Below, piece by piece: positions 8,932 through 21,125 of a stretch of DNA of 64,000 nt; position 1 is the stretch's first letter, and the number at the start of each line of letters is the position of its first letter. The stretch is from an uncultured Kofleriaceae bacterium (GTDB lineage: Bacteria > Myxococcota_A > Polyangia > Haliangiales > Haliangiaceae): positions 42,821 to 106,820 of the forward strand of contig CAZUAR010000026.1 in the NCBI GenBank assembly GCA_964617845.1. Reading direction: 5' to 3'. The translations under genes were made by a program, and so were the position numbers. The notes beneath the pieces were generated by a model that made no database searches, was not told where the DNA came from, and worked only from the letters and a program-made list of their open reading frames with translations.

Positions 8932-11030
8932 CGACCCATCGTCCTGCCCCCAAGAAGCTGTTCGACGGACCGATCGTCCGCCGCGCGGTTCGCGATTCGT
9001 TCGTGAAGCTCGACCCGCGCAAGATGATCCGCAACCCGGTCATGTTCGTCGTCGAGATCGGGAGCCTGTTCACCACGCTCCTGTTCGTGCACGCGCTCGC
9101 GACGGGCGCCGGCGACGCGTCGCCCGCGTTCGTCGGAGCGATCTCGTTGTGGCTCTGGTTCACGGTGCTGTTCGCGAACTTCGCCGAAGCCATGGCCGAA
9201 GGCCGAGGCAAGGCGCAGGCGGACGCCCTCCGCAAGGCGCGCAAGGACGTGCCGGCGGCCGTTCTCGACGAACCGCGGCGCGACGCGCCCCGGCGCGAGA
9301 AGCCCTCGTCGCAGCTGCGCGTCGACGACATCGTGCTCGTCGAGGCCGGCCAGGTCATCCCCGGCGACGGCGAGATCGTCGAGGGCGTCGCGTCGGTCAA
9401 CGAGAGCGCGATCACCGGCGAGAGCGCGCCCGTCATCCGCGAGAGCGGCGGCGATCGCAGCGCCGTCACCGGCGGCACCACCGTTCTCTCGGACTGGCTG
9501 ATCGTGAGGATCACGACACAGCCCGGGCAGACGTTCCTCGACCGCATGATCGCGATGGTCGAGGGAGCCAAGCGCAAGAAGACGCCGAACGAGATCGCGC
9601 TCGACATCCTGCTCGCCGGCCTGACCATCGTGTTCCTGCTCGTCACGGTCACGCTGTGGCCGTTCTCGCTGTTCGCGGTGAAGGAGGCGACCGCGGCGGG
9701 CGGCTCGGGACAGGTCGTCACGCTGACCGTACTCGTCGCGCTGCTCGTGTGTCTCATCCCGACGACGATCGGCGGCCTCCTCAGCGCGATCGGCATCGCC
9801 GGCATGGATCGCATGATCCAGGCGAACGTGATCGCGACGAGCGGCCGCGCCGTCGAGGCGGCGGGCGACGTCGACGTGCTCCTGCTCGACAAGACCGGCA
9901 CGATCACCCACGGCAACCGCCAGGCGACGGCGTTCATCGCCGCGAAGGGCGTCACCGAGACACAGCTCGCCGAGGCCGCCGTGATGGCTTCGCTGTCCGA
10001 CGACACGCCCGAGGGCAAGAGCATCGTCGCGCTCGGTGTCGGCAAGCTCGGCAAGACCGTCGACGCGCCGGCAGGCTCGAAGTTCGTCCCGTTCACCGCG
10101 CAGACGCGGATGAGCGGCGTCGACTTCGACGGGCGCTCGATCCGCAAAGGCGCGAGCGACGCGATCGGCAAGCACGTGGCGACGATGGGCGATCCGTACC
10201 GCACGAGCGGCGGCCTTCCCCCCGAGGTCCGCGCTGCCGTCGACGAGGTCGCGAAGAAGGGCGCCACGCCGCTCGTCGTCGCCGACGGCGGCACGGTGCT
10301 CGGTGTGGTGCAGCTCGCGGACATCGTCAAGGACGGCATCCGCGATCGCTTCGCCGAGATGCGGCGCATGGGCATCAAGACGGTGATGATCACCGGCGAC
10401 AACCCGCTCACCGCCGCGGCGATCGCCGCCGAGGCGGGCGTCGACGACTTCCTCGCCGAGGCGACGCCCGAGGCGAAGCTCGCGATGATCCGCGACTACC
10501 AGGACAAGGGTCACCTCGTCGCGATGACCGGCGATGGCACCAACGACGCACCTGCGCTCGCGCAGGCCGATGTCGCCGTGGCGATGAACAGCGGCACGCA
10601 GGCGGCCAAAGAGGCCGGCAACATGGTCGACCTCGACTCGAACCCGACGAAGCTGCTCGAGGTCGTCACCGTCGGCAAGCAGATGCTGATGACGCGCGGC
10701 GCGCTGACGACGTTCTCGATCGCGAACGACATCTCGAAGTACTTCGCGATCATCCCGGCGGCGTTCGTCGGTACGTACCCGCAGCTCGGCGCGCTGAACA
10801 TCATGGGCCTGCACTCCCCGGCGAGCGCCGTGATGTCGGCGGTGATCTTCAACGCGCTCATCATCATCGCGCTGATCCCGCTCGCCCTGCGTGGCATCGC
10901 GATCAAGCCCGCACCGGCGCCGGTCGTGTTGCGCCGCAACCTCCTGGTCTATGGCCTCGGCGGCCTGCTGCTGCCGTTCCCGTTCATCAAGCTGATCGAT
11001 GTGATCATCTCCGGCCTCGGGCTGGTGTGA
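8928..11030 (+). CDS. kdpB: potassium-transporting P-type ATPase subunit B
   Basis: P-type ATPase motifs [13 protein letters not shown] (DKTGT phosphorylation site), [14 protein letters not shown] and [17 protein letters not shown]. Start overlaps the kdpA stop. The longer ORF 7350..11030 is a frame artefact at its 5' end. Confidence 0.95.
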   Translation: MTTHRPAPKKLFDGPIVRRAVRDSFVKLDPRKMIRNPVMFVVEIGSLFTTLLFVHALATGAGDASPAFVGAISLWLWFTVLFANFAEAMAEGRGKAQADALRKARKDVPAAVLDEPRRDAPRREKPSSQLRVDDIVLVEAGQVIPGDGEIVEGVASVNESAITGESAPVIRESGGDRSAVTGGTTVLSDWLIVRITTQPGQTFLDRMIAMVEGAKRKKTPNEIALDILLAGLTIVFLLVTVTLWPFSLFAVKEATAAGGSGQVVTLTVLVALLVCLIPTTIGGLLSAIGIAGMDRMIQANVIATSGRAVEAAGDVDVLLLDKTGTITHGNRQATAFIAAKGVTETQLAEAAVMASLSDDTPEGKSIVALGVGKLGKTVDAPAGSKFVPFTAQTRMSGVDFDGRSIRKGASDAIGKHVATMGDPYRTSGGLPPEVRAAVDEVAKKGATPLVVADGGTVLGVVQLADIVKDGIRDRFAEMRRMGIKTVMITGDNPLTAAAIAAEAGVDDFLAEATPEAKLAMIRDYQDKGHLVAMTGDGTNDAPALAQADVAVAMNSGTQAAKEAGNMVDLDSNPTKLLEVVTVGKQMLMTRGALTTFSIANDISKYFAIIPAAFVGTYPQLGALNIMGLHSPASAVMSAVIFNALIIIALIPLALRGIAIKPAPAPVVLRRNLLVYGLGGLLLPFPFIKLIDVIISGLGLV

Positions 11031-11037
11031 GGACGTC

Positions 11038-11619
11038 ATGAAGGAACTACTCCAGACCATTCGCCCTGCCCTGATCTCGCTGCTCGTGTTCACCGTGCTG
11101 TGCGGGGTCGTCTACCCCGCGGCGATGATCGGTGTCGCGGCCGTCGTCCCTCACCCCGAGCCACCCGAGCTCGTCGGCCAGCCGTTCGACGATCCGGCGT
11201 ACTTCTGGGGCCGTCCGTCGGCGATTTCGTACAACGCGATGGCGTCGGGCGGCCTCAACGCCGGTGCCGGCGGCTTCATCGACGACAAGGGGACCATCGG
11301 ACCGAACAAGGCCCTCGTCGACGTCGCGCAGAGCCGCATCCAGGCGCTGCGCGACGCGGACCCCGGCAACACCGCGAAGGTCCCGGTCGACCTGGTCACG
11401 GCGTCGAGCTCCGGCCTCGATCCGGACATCTCGCCGGCCGCGGCGTACTACCAGGCGTCGCGCATCGCGCGCCTGCGCCAAGTCCCCGTCGAGAAGATCC
11501 GCGCGATCATCGATCGCGTGACCGAGGAGCGCACCCTCGCGGTCCTGGGTGAGCGCCGCGTGAACGTGGTACGCCTCAACAAGGCGCTCGATCAGGAGGT
11601 CGCGCGCCCGAAGAGCTAG
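11038..11619 (+). CDS. kdpC: potassium-transporting ATPase subunit C
   Basis: 193 aa with an N-terminal TM anchor and the conserved KdpC C-terminal region (SGLDPDISPAAAYYQ...). Confidence 0.9.
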   Translation: MKELLQTIRPALISLLVFTVLCGVVYPAAMIGVAAVVPHPEPPELVGQPFDDPAYFWGRPSAISYNAMASGGLNAGAGGFIDDKGTIGPNKALVDVAQSRIQALRDADPGNTAKVPVDLVTASSSGLDPDISPAAAYYQASRIARLRQVPVEKIRAIIDRVTEERTLAVLGERRVNVVRLNKALDQEVARPKS

Positions 11620-11626
11620 CGGCCTG

Positions 11627-14290
11627 ATGGAAGCTGCCGACGACGACCGTCCCGATCCCGACGCGCTCCTCGCGCAAATGAAAGCCGAGGAGACGCGTGC
11701 GAACCGTGCGCGCCTGAAGCTCTTCTTCGGAGCGTCTCCAGGCGTCGGCAAGACCTACACGATGCTCGAGGAAGCGCGGCGACTGCGCCTCGCGGGCGAG
11801 GATGTCGTGATCGGCATCGTCGAGACACACGGCCGCCCCGAGACAGAGAAGCTCGTCGGGGACCTCCCGCTGATCGCTCGGCGCCAGATCGACCATCGCG
11901 GCGTCCGGCTCACCGAGCTCGACCTCGACGCGGCGATCGCGCGCAAGCCGGGCGTGATCCTCGTCGACGAGCTCGCGCACACGAACGCGCCGGGCAGCAA
12001 GCACGTCAAGCGCTGGCAGGACGTGCTCGAGCTCCTCGATGCAGGGATCGACGTCTACACGACGTTGAACGTCCAGCACCTCGAGAGCCTGGGCGACGTC
12101 GTCCAGCAGATCACGGGCGTCAAGGTGCGCGAGACCGTGCCGGACGCGGTGATCGAACGCGCCGACGAGATCGAGCTGGTCGACATCCCGCCCGAGGAGC
12201 TCCTCGAGAGGCTCGCCGAAGGAAAGGTGTACCTCCCCGACCAGGCGCAGCGCGCCGCGAAGAACTTCTTCCAGCGCGGCAACCTGCTCGCGCTGCGCGA
12301 GCTCGCGCTTCGCCGCACCGCCGAGCGCGTCGACGCCGACGTGCTCGCGTATCGAAAGCAGCAGGGGATCAGCGCGGCGTGGCCGGCGTCCGAGCGGATC
12401 CTGGTCGCCGTCGGACCGAGCCCGGGCTCCGAGCGACTGATCCGCGCGACGAAGCGAATCGCCGAGGGCCTGCACGCGCAGTGGGTCGCCGCCCACGTCG
12501 AGGTGCTCGGGGCACCGCCGCTGTCCGACAAGGACCGCGAGCGGATCGAGAACCACCTGCGACTCGCCGAGTCGCTCGGCGCGGACATCGTACGGCTCGC
12601 GGGCAAGACGGTCGCCGACGCACTGCTCTCCCACGCGCGCGAGCACAACGTCACGCGCATCGTCGCCGGCAAGCCGACGCACTCGCGCTGGCGAGACCTC
12701 GTCCGCGGCAGCCTCCTCGACACGCTGATCCGTGGATCGGGAGCGATCGAGATCCACGTGATCGCGCCGATCGAAGGCGGTCCACCCTACCGCCCCGCAC
12801 CGCCGACCATGGAAGCGGCGCAGGTCAGCGCGTATCTCTACGCGGCCCTCGCCATCGCGATCGTGACGGTCCTGGGGTTGCTGCTCGAGCCCTACACCGA
12901 GCTCGCGGACATCACGATGCTGTACCTGATCGGCATCGCCGTCGCGGCGATGTTCGGGCGCGGACCGTCGCTCCTGGCCTCCTCGATGGCCGTCGCGGCG
13001 TTCGACTTCTGCTTCGTCCCGCCGCGCTTCACGTTCGCGGTCTCGGATGCGCGACACCTGCTGACGTTCGCCGTGATGTTCGGCGCGGCGCTGGTGATCA
13101 GCACGCTCACGCTCCGGTTGCGACGACAGGAGCGCGACGCGATCGTGCGCGAGCGGAATACCGCCGCGCTCCTCGCATTCACGCGCGAGATCGCGGCCGC
13201 GACGACGACCGGCGACGTCGCCGCCGTCACCGTGAAGCACATCGAGGACGTGTTCCCGGTCGCCGCGTCCGTCCTCGTTCCGGAGGACGACGATCCGGGC
13301 GCGCTGTCGTCGGCGGCGGGCCTCATGCCCCTCGCCGGTCAGGAGCAAGCCGTCGCCCGGTGGGCCTTCGAGCACGGCGAGCCGGCCGGCCTGGGCACCG
13401 ACACGTTACCCGGCTCGCGGGTGCTCGCGGTCCCGCTCGTCGCCGGCGAGGAGCAGCCCGGCGTGGGCGTCATCGCCGTCCAGGCGCGGCAGGACCCGCG
13501 GCGGCTCGGTGGTGCATCGCTTCCCATGCTCGAAGCGTTCGCGCGCCAGGCCGGCCTCGCACTCGCGCGCGTGCGCTCCATCCAGGAGGCACAGAGGTCC
13601 GCGTTGCGCGCTCACACCGAGGAGCTACGCAGCTCGCTGTTGTCGGCGGTCTCGCACGACCTGCGCACGCCGCTCGCCGTGATCACCGGTGCGGCGACGA
13701 CGCTTCGCGACGATGGCGCACGACTGGCACCCGCGGCACGCGACGAGCTCCTCGGCTCCATCGTCGAAGACGCGAAGCGCCTGGAGCGCGTGCTGGGCAA
13801 CCTGCTGCAGCTCACGCGCGTCGAGAGCGGCCTCAAGCCGAACCGCGAGCAGATCCCGGTCGAGGAGCTCGTCGGTGGGGTGCTCACCCGCCTGGAGGAC
13901 TCGCTCGGGGATCGCCCCGTCGTGATCGACGTACCATCCGATCTCGTGATCTCGGTCGATCCGGTCCTGTTCGAACAGGTGTTGATCAACCTCGTCGACA
14001 ACGCCTTGAAGCACGGCGCACCGCCGTTCGAGATCTCTGCGAAGCGGACCGCGACCGGTCCCGGCGCCTCGATCGAGATCTCGGTGCGCGATCACGGCGC
14101 TGGTGTTCCGGACGGTCAGGAGACACGCCTGTTCGACAAGTTCGTGCGTGCCTCCACGGCACCCGGCGCCGGACTCGGCCTCGCCGTCGTGCGCGCGATC
14201 GTCGAAGCGCATGACGGTCAGGTCTCGGTGGAGCGACCGAGCGACGGAGGCGCACGATTCCGCATCGTGCTACCCACGGGGGCGCCATGA
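11627..14290 (+). CDS. kdpD: osmosensitive K+ channel sensor histidine kinase KdpD
   Basis: N-terminal KdpD domain with P-loop GVGKTYTML, a Usp-like region, a TM block, a GAF-like domain, HisKA H-box VSHDLRTPLAVI and an HATPase_c region. Confidence 0.9.
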   Translation: MEAADDDRPDPDALLAQMKAEETRANRARLKLFFGASPGVGKTYTMLEEARRLRLAGEDVVIGIVETHGRPETEKLVGDLPLIARRQIDHRGVRLTELDLDAAIARKPGVILVDELAHTNAPGSKHVKRWQDVLELLDAGIDVYTTLNVQHLESLGDVVQQITGVKVRETVPDAVIERADEIELVDIPPEELLERLAEGKVYLPDQAQRAAKNFFQRGNLLALRELALRRTAERVDADVLAYRKQQGISAAWPASERILVAVGPSPGSERLIRATKRIAEGLHAQWVAAHVEVLGAPPLSDKDRERIENHLRLAESLGADIVRLAGKTVADALLSHAREHNVTRIVAGKPTHSRWRDLVRGSLLDTLIRGSGAIEIHVIAPIEGGPPYRPAPPTMEAAQVSAYLYAALAIAIVTVLGLLLEPYTELADITMLYLIGIAVAAMFGRGPSLLASSMAVAAFDFCFVPPRFTFAVSDARHLLTFAVMFGAALVISTLTLRLRRQERDAIVRERNTAALLAFTREIAAATTTGDVAAVTVKHIEDVFPVAASVLVPEDDDPGALSSAAGLMPLAGQEQAVARWAFEHGEPAGLGTDTLPGSRVLAVPLVAGEEQPGVGVIAVQARQDPRRLGGASLPMLEAFARQAGLALARVRSIQEAQRSALRAHTEELRSSLLSAVSHDLRTPLAVITGAATTLRDDGARLAPAARDELLGSIVEDAKRLERVLGNLLQLTRVESGLKPNREQIPVEELVGGVLTRLEDSLGDRPVVIDVPSDLVISVDPVLFEQVLINLVDNALKHGAPPFEISAKRTATGPGASIEISVRDHGAGVPDGQETRLFDKFVRASTAPGAGLGLAVVRAIVEAHDGQVSVERPSDGGARFRIVLPTGAP

Positions 14291-14979
14291 GCTCGACCAT
14301 CCTTGTCGTCGACGACGATCTGCACGTGCGCCGCTTCCTGCGCACCGTCGTGACCGGCCACGGCCATACGGTCGTCGAAGCGGGCACCGTCGCCGAAGCG
14401 ATCGACGCGATCGATCGCGTCCACCCGAGCGTCGTGCTCCTGGACCTCGGCCTGCCCGACGGTGACGGACTGCAGGTGCTGCGCGCCCTCCCCGCGGAGA
14501 CGCGCCCCCCGATCATCGTGCTCTCCGCGCGCGGCCAGGAAGGCGACAAGGTCGCGGCGCTCGACGCCGGCGCGGAGGACTACCTGACCAAGCCGTTCGG
14601 CGCGGGCGAGCTGCTCGCGCGCATTCGCGTGGTGCTGCGGCGCACCGGTGGGGCGGCCGCACCCGACGTGATCGAAGTCGGTCCGATCAAGATCGATCAG
14701 CCACGTCACTCCGTCACCGTCGGCGGTACCGAGGTCCACCTCACCCCGATCGAGTTCAAGCTGCTCGTCGAGCTCGCTCGCCAACCCGGCCGCGTGCTGA
14801 CGCACCGCCACCTCTTGATCGCTGTGTGGGGACCCAATGCGATCGAGCAGACGCACTACCTCCGCGTGCACATGGCCGCGCTGCGCCGCAAGGTCGAGAG
14901 CGATCCGGCACGTCCCCAGTGGCTCCTGACAGAGGCGGGCGTGGGCTATCGCTTGCGCGAGCCCGTGCCGGCAGCTTGA
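14287..14979 (+). CDS. kdpE: OmpR-family response regulator KdpE
   Basis: Receiver domain (ILVVDDD...LLDLGLPDGDG) plus winged-helix output (trans_reg_C). Overlaps the kdpD stop. Confidence 0.85.
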   Translation: MSSTILVVDDDLHVRRFLRTVVTGHGHTVVEAGTVAEAIDAIDRVHPSVVLLDLGLPDGDGLQVLRALPAETRPPIIVLSARGQEGDKVAALDAGAEDYLTKPFGAGELLARIRVVLRRTGGAAAPDVIEVGPIKIDQPRHSVTVGGTEVHLTPIEFKLLVELARQPGRVLTHRHLLIAVWGPNAIEQTHYLRVHMAALRRKVESDPARPQWLLTEAGVGYRLREPVPAA

Positions 14980-15084
14980 TCGCCATCGCGGCGGGCATCG
15001 CGCCGACATCGCTGGATCTCGTGCGTCTCGGTCCGATCGGTGTGAGCCGGCGGAGAGCAGCGAGCGTCGCGTTACGATGCGATC

Positions 15085-16038
15085 ATGCTGCTGCTCCGAA
15101 TTGTCGCGCCGCCCGAGACAGCCGCGACGGTCGTCGCGTACCTCGAAGGTCTCGACGTCTTCGATCTGATCCACTTCCCCGGGGTGAGCCGGCGGCCCAA
15201 AGGTGATCTCATCCAGTGTGTCGTGGGCTCGGATCTCGCGAGCGTGATCGTGTCGGCGCTTCGCGAGCTCGGAGTCTCGGACACCGGCTCGATCACGATC
15301 GACCGGCTCGACGCGACGGTCGCGAAGGATTCGTGCAGCGATCCCGATCCGGGCGTCGTGGTGTGGGAGGAGGTCGAGGCGAAGACCGCGACGATGGCCG
15401 AGCTCTCGACCGCGTTCCTCCTCTACATGATGGCGGCCACCGTGATCGCGGCGGTCGGAATCCTGACCGACTCGGTCGTGCTGATCATCGGCGCGATGGT
15501 CGTCGGTCCCGAGTTCGGACCACTTTGCGGGTTGAGCGTCGGACTGATCCAGCGCCGGCGCGAGCTCGTCCGCCAATCGATGCTCAGCCTCGGGGTCGGT
15601 TTCGCGCTCGCCTTCGCGGCTGCGTTCGTCGCGACCTGGGCGTTTCGGTCCGCGGGCGTCGCGCCGGAGATCCTCGATGCGAGCCACCACCCGGCGACGC
15701 TGTTCATCTCGCGACCGGACGTGTACACGGTGGTGATCGCGGCGCTGTGCGGCGTGGTTGGCATGCTGTCCCTCACGACGGCAAGCGCGGGCACGCTGAT
15801 CGGCGTTCTGATCTCGGTCACCACGATCCCCGCAGCTGGCAACGTCGGGGTCGCCGCAGCCTACGGCAACACCGACGAGATGGTGGGCGCGCTGATCCAG
15901 CTCGGCGTCAACCTCACGGTGATCCAGATCGCCGGCTTGATCACGCTGCGGATTCAGCGCGCCGCGTTTGCATCGCGTGTCACAACCTTCGTCGAGCGTC
16001 TCCGCCGGCTCCGGCTGCGAAGGATCTTGCGCCGGTAG
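15085..16038 (+). CDS. DUF389-family membrane protein
   Basis: Soluble N-terminal domain followed by a hydrophobic domain containing the DUF389-typical MVVGPEFGPLCG block. Confidence 0.55.
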   Translation: MLLLRIVAPPETAATVVAYLEGLDVFDLIHFPGVSRRPKGDLIQCVVGSDLASVIVSALRELGVSDTGSITIDRLDATVAKDSCSDPDPGVVVWEEVEAKTATMAELSTAFLLYMMAATVIAAVGILTDSVVLIIGAMVVGPEFGPLCGLSVGLIQRRRELVRQSMLSLGVGFALAFAAAFVATWAFRSAGVAPEILDASHHPATLFISRPDVYTVVIAALCGVVGMLSLTTASAGTLIGVLISVTTIPAAGNVGVAAAYGNTDEMVGALIQLGVNLTVIQIAGLITLRIQRAAFASRVTTFVERLRRLRLRRILRR

Positions 16039-16052
16039 CCGTTCGCTTCGAC

Positions 16053-17840
16053 TCAGCGTCCCGGCAACGTGAAACGCAGGATCGCGCCCTCGCCCGTCGA
16101 TCCTTCCGCCCAGATGCGGCCGCCGTGGCGCGTGACGATCTTGTGCGCGGTCGCGAGGCCGATGCCGCTGCCTTCGAACTCGCTCGCCGCGTGGAGGCGC
16201 TGGAACGGCGCGAACAGCTTGTCGACGAACGACTGGTCGAAGCCTGCGCCGTTGTCGCGCACGTAGTAGACGCGCTCGCCTGCCTTCTCCTCCATCCCGA
16301 CCTCGATCCGCGCCGGCGTACGGTGACGCGTGAACTTCCACGCGTTGCCGATCAGGTTCTCGTACAGCGCCCGGAGCAGCATCGGATCGCCCATCGCCGT
16401 CATCCCGTGCGCGATCGTCACGTCGACGGTTCGCTCCGGCTGTCCGGACACGAACGACGATATGACGTCGTTCGCGATCGTCCCGAGATCGATCCGCTCG
16501 CGGGCGATGTCCTTCTTCGTCAGCCGCGCGAGCGCGAGCAGCGCATCGATGATCGACTGCATCTGCTCGCCGCCGCGCTGGATCCGCGCCAGGTAGTCGC
16601 GGCCGATATCGTCGATGCGATCGCCGTAGTCCTCGAGGATCGCGACCGCGAAGTGGCCCATGGCTCGCAGCGGCGCGCGCAGGTCATGCGCGACCGAGTA
16701 GCTGAACGCCTCCAGCTCGCGGTTCGCGAGCTCGAGCTCGCGCGTGCGCGCCTCGACGCGTGCCTCGAGCTCGGCGAGCAGGGTCGCGTTCTCGATCGCG
16801 AGCGCGGCGCGGTCCGCGAGGTCCTGCGCGAGACGCTGGTCGTCGAGCGTGAACGGCGACTCCGTGTTCACGCGGCGCAGGTTGAGCACGCCGAGCACCC
16901 GACCACGCGCGATCAGCGGCACCGCGAGGATGCTGATCACGCCCTCGATCTCCTTCACCAGCTCCCGATGTGTCTCGTGCATCTGCGCGAGCATCTCCGA
17001 CGCCGCGAGATCCGCGACGAGCACCGGCCGTCGCGTCGCGATCACGCGCCCGCCGATGCCTTCGTTCGGCCGCAGGGGCGCTCGCTTCCACAGGTCCTCG
17101 AGCTTCGCGGCGAGAGTCGGATCGAGATCGTGGATCGCCTGGACCTCGAGCTGGCCGTCGGCGCCGACGAGTTGCACCGTCGTCGCTGCCACGAGCTCCT
17201 CGGCGAGCGTGCGCGCGATCGCCTGCACGAGCACCTGCACGTCTGGGATCAGCGACGCGAACCATCGCGTGCTCGCCGCGAGGATCCGCAACCTCGCTGC
17301 ACTCGCTTGCTCGGCGCGGCGGCTCTCCTCGATCTGCGCCTGAAAGCGAATGCGCCCGGCGGCCACCGCGATCTGCTCGCCCATCCCAGCAAGCATCGCG
17401 AGCTCGTCCGGCGACGGTGGTCGTACGCCTTCGTCGCCGAACGTCCCGGTACCGAATGCACCGAGCGCGCGATCGAGCAAGCGCAGCGGGATGTTGATGA
17501 TCGTCCGGCTACCGAGCGCTTCGACGATCTCCTTGTTCGTGCGCGGATCGACGCGGGCATCTTCGACGACGACGGGCCCGGTCCCGCGATAGAGCTCCTC
17601 GAGCATCGCGTCCCCTTCGACCCGCAGCACCGTCGCGGTCGCCCAGGCGCCGTCCCTCTTGGCCCCGACCACGTCGATCAACCTCCACTCGGCACTCTCG
17701 CTGTCCGTCGCGAGGAACATCCAGGCATGCGGGTATCCAATCGACGCACACACGCGCTGCGTGATCTCGAGGAGCTCCGCGAACGTCGTCGCACGCTGCA
17801 GATCGCGCGCGTACGCCAGGACTCGACTCGCCGCGCTCAC
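16053..17840 (-). CDS. multi-GAF sensor histidine kinase
   Basis: C-terminal HisKA (FSYSVAHDLRAPLRAM) and HATPase_c (NLIGNAWKF...RDNGAGF...GSGIGLA) preceded by about 350 aa of GAF-like sensor sequence. Start overlaps the corA stop. Confidence 0.8.
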   Translation of the reverse strand: MSAASRVLAYARDLQRATTFAELLEITQRVCASIGYPHAWMFLATDSESAEWRLIDVVGAKRDGAWATATVLRVEGDAMLEELYRGTGPVVVEDARVDPRTNKEIVEALGSRTIINIPLRLLDRALGAFGTGTFGDEGVRPPSPDELAMLAGMGEQIAVAAGRIRFQAQIEESRRAEQASAARLRILAASTRWFASLIPDVQVLVQAIARTLAEELVAATTVQLVGADGQLEVQAIHDLDPTLAAKLEDLWKRAPLRPNEGIGGRVIATRRPVLVADLAASEMLAQMHETHRELVKEIEGVISILAVPLIARGRVLGVLNLRRVNTESPFTLDDQRLAQDLADRAALAIENATLLAELEARVEARTRELELANRELEAFSYSVAHDLRAPLRAMGHFAVAILEDYGDRIDDIGRDYLARIQRGGEQMQSIIDALLALARLTKKDIARERIDLGTIANDVISSFVSGQPERTVDVTIAHGMTAMGDPMLLRALYENLIGNAWKFTRHRTPARIEVGMEEKAGERVYYVRDNGAGFDQSFVDKLFAPFQRLHAASEFEGSGIGLATAHKIVTRHGGRIWAEGSTGEGAILRFTLPGR

Positions 17841-18856
17841 AACAGCTTGTTACGGCGCATCGCGTAGATCAGTCCGACGATGATCGCGACCGCCGCTCCC
17901 CAGAACAACGCGTAGCCGTAGTGCCACTTCAGCTCGGGGATGATGTCGAAGTTCATGCCGTACACGCCGCAGAGGAACGTCAGCGGCAAGAAGATGATGC
18001 TGACGACCGTCAGCTTGCCCATCGTCTTGTTCGACTTGTGTGCGACGAGGGACATGTAGTTGTTGAGCGAGCCGTTGAGGATGTCGCGATCGACGAGGAC
18101 GTCCTGGAGCACGCGCTCGATCGTGCCGACCATGTTGTTCAGGTACGGCTGCGTCGCCTCGCTGACGAACGCCGACTTGCGCGTCGACAGGTCGGTCAGC
18201 ACGGAGCGCGCGGGCAGCACGATCTTGCGCAGGTGCAAGAGGTCCGCGCCGAGCTCGGACGCTTCGGAGAACACGGACTCGTCGACCTCACCGACGAGGC
18301 GGCGCTGGACCTCGTCGACGCGCTCCTCGAACTTCTTGTGGACCGAGAGGTAGTTGTCGACGAGGTGATCCCACAGCTCGTAGAGCAAAAAGCTCGGGCT
18401 CTGCGCGAACTTCACGAAGTCCTGGATGTACTGCTTGCGCACCGCCTCGAGAAACACGGGCTGTCCACGGTGGAGCGTGAGCATGAACTTCTCGCCCATC
18501 ATCACGTCGACGCGCTCGAGGTCGAACTTGCTACCGACGAGGCGGCACCCCGAGAGGACGAGGTGGAGGAAGTTCTCGTAGCGTCCGATCTGCGTCGCCG
18601 GTTCGCGGCTCAGCGCGTCTTCGACGATCTCGGGCTCGTACATTCCTTCGAGCTTCGCGAGGATCTTGCGGGCTTCGTCCTTGTTCGCGATGTCCACGTC
18701 GATCCAGACGAACCTGCGCTCGCCCTCCATCGACTTCTTGATCTCGTCGAGGCTGACCTTGCGATGTTGTTTGGTCGCGAAGTCCAGCTCGACGGCGTTC
18801 CACGTCGGATCGGCCGCGGCTGCAAATTCACCCGAAGCACCAGCCAGCATCGTCAA
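17837..18856 (-). CDS. corA: CorA-family Mg2+/Co2+ transporter
   Basis: C-terminal two TM helices with the YGMNF (GMN) signature; 339 aa. Confidence 0.85.
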   Translation of the reverse strand: MTMLAGASGEFAAAADPTWNAVELDFATKQHRKVSLDEIKKSMEGERRFVWIDVDIANKDEARKILAKLEGMYEPEIVEDALSREPATQIGRYENFLHLVLSGCRLVGSKFDLERVDVMMGEKFMLTLHRGQPVFLEAVRKQYIQDFVKFAQSPSFLLYELWDHLVDNYLSVHKKFEERVDEVQRRLVGEVDESVFSEASELGADLLHLRKIVLPARSVLTDLSTRKSAFVSEATQPYLNNMVGTIERVLQDVLVDRDILNGSLNNYMSLVAHKSNKTMGKLTVVSIIFLPLTFLCGVYGMNFDIIPELKWHYGYALFWGAAVAIIVGLIYAMRRNKLL

Positions 18857-18922
18857 CGATGGTACCCGAATCGGTCGAACCGGTCGTAGCGGCTCACCAA
18901 TATTGCTTCGGGGCGGGATGCC

Positions 18923-21058
<2,136 letters not shown>

Positions 21059-21125
21059 CCGAGGACTGTACTCGTAGTGGCGCTCGAGCGCGCGACGGGG
21101 AGACCCCGTCCGACTGACGATGTAC

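Noticed and set aside
8733-11093. 786-aa and 555-aa minus-strand ORFs antisense to kdpB, and the 739-aa + ORF 8822..11041
   Set aside because: Arg/Asp/Ser-rich nonsense composition. They overlap a confidently identified P-type ATPase gene on the other frame or strand.
11576-16341. Long minus-strand ORFs antisense to kdpD/kdpE/DUF389 (11576..13375, 14218..16341) and + ORFs 12379..14214, 15216..17867
   Set aside because: High-GC frame artefacts with no domain content; they overlap confidently called genes.
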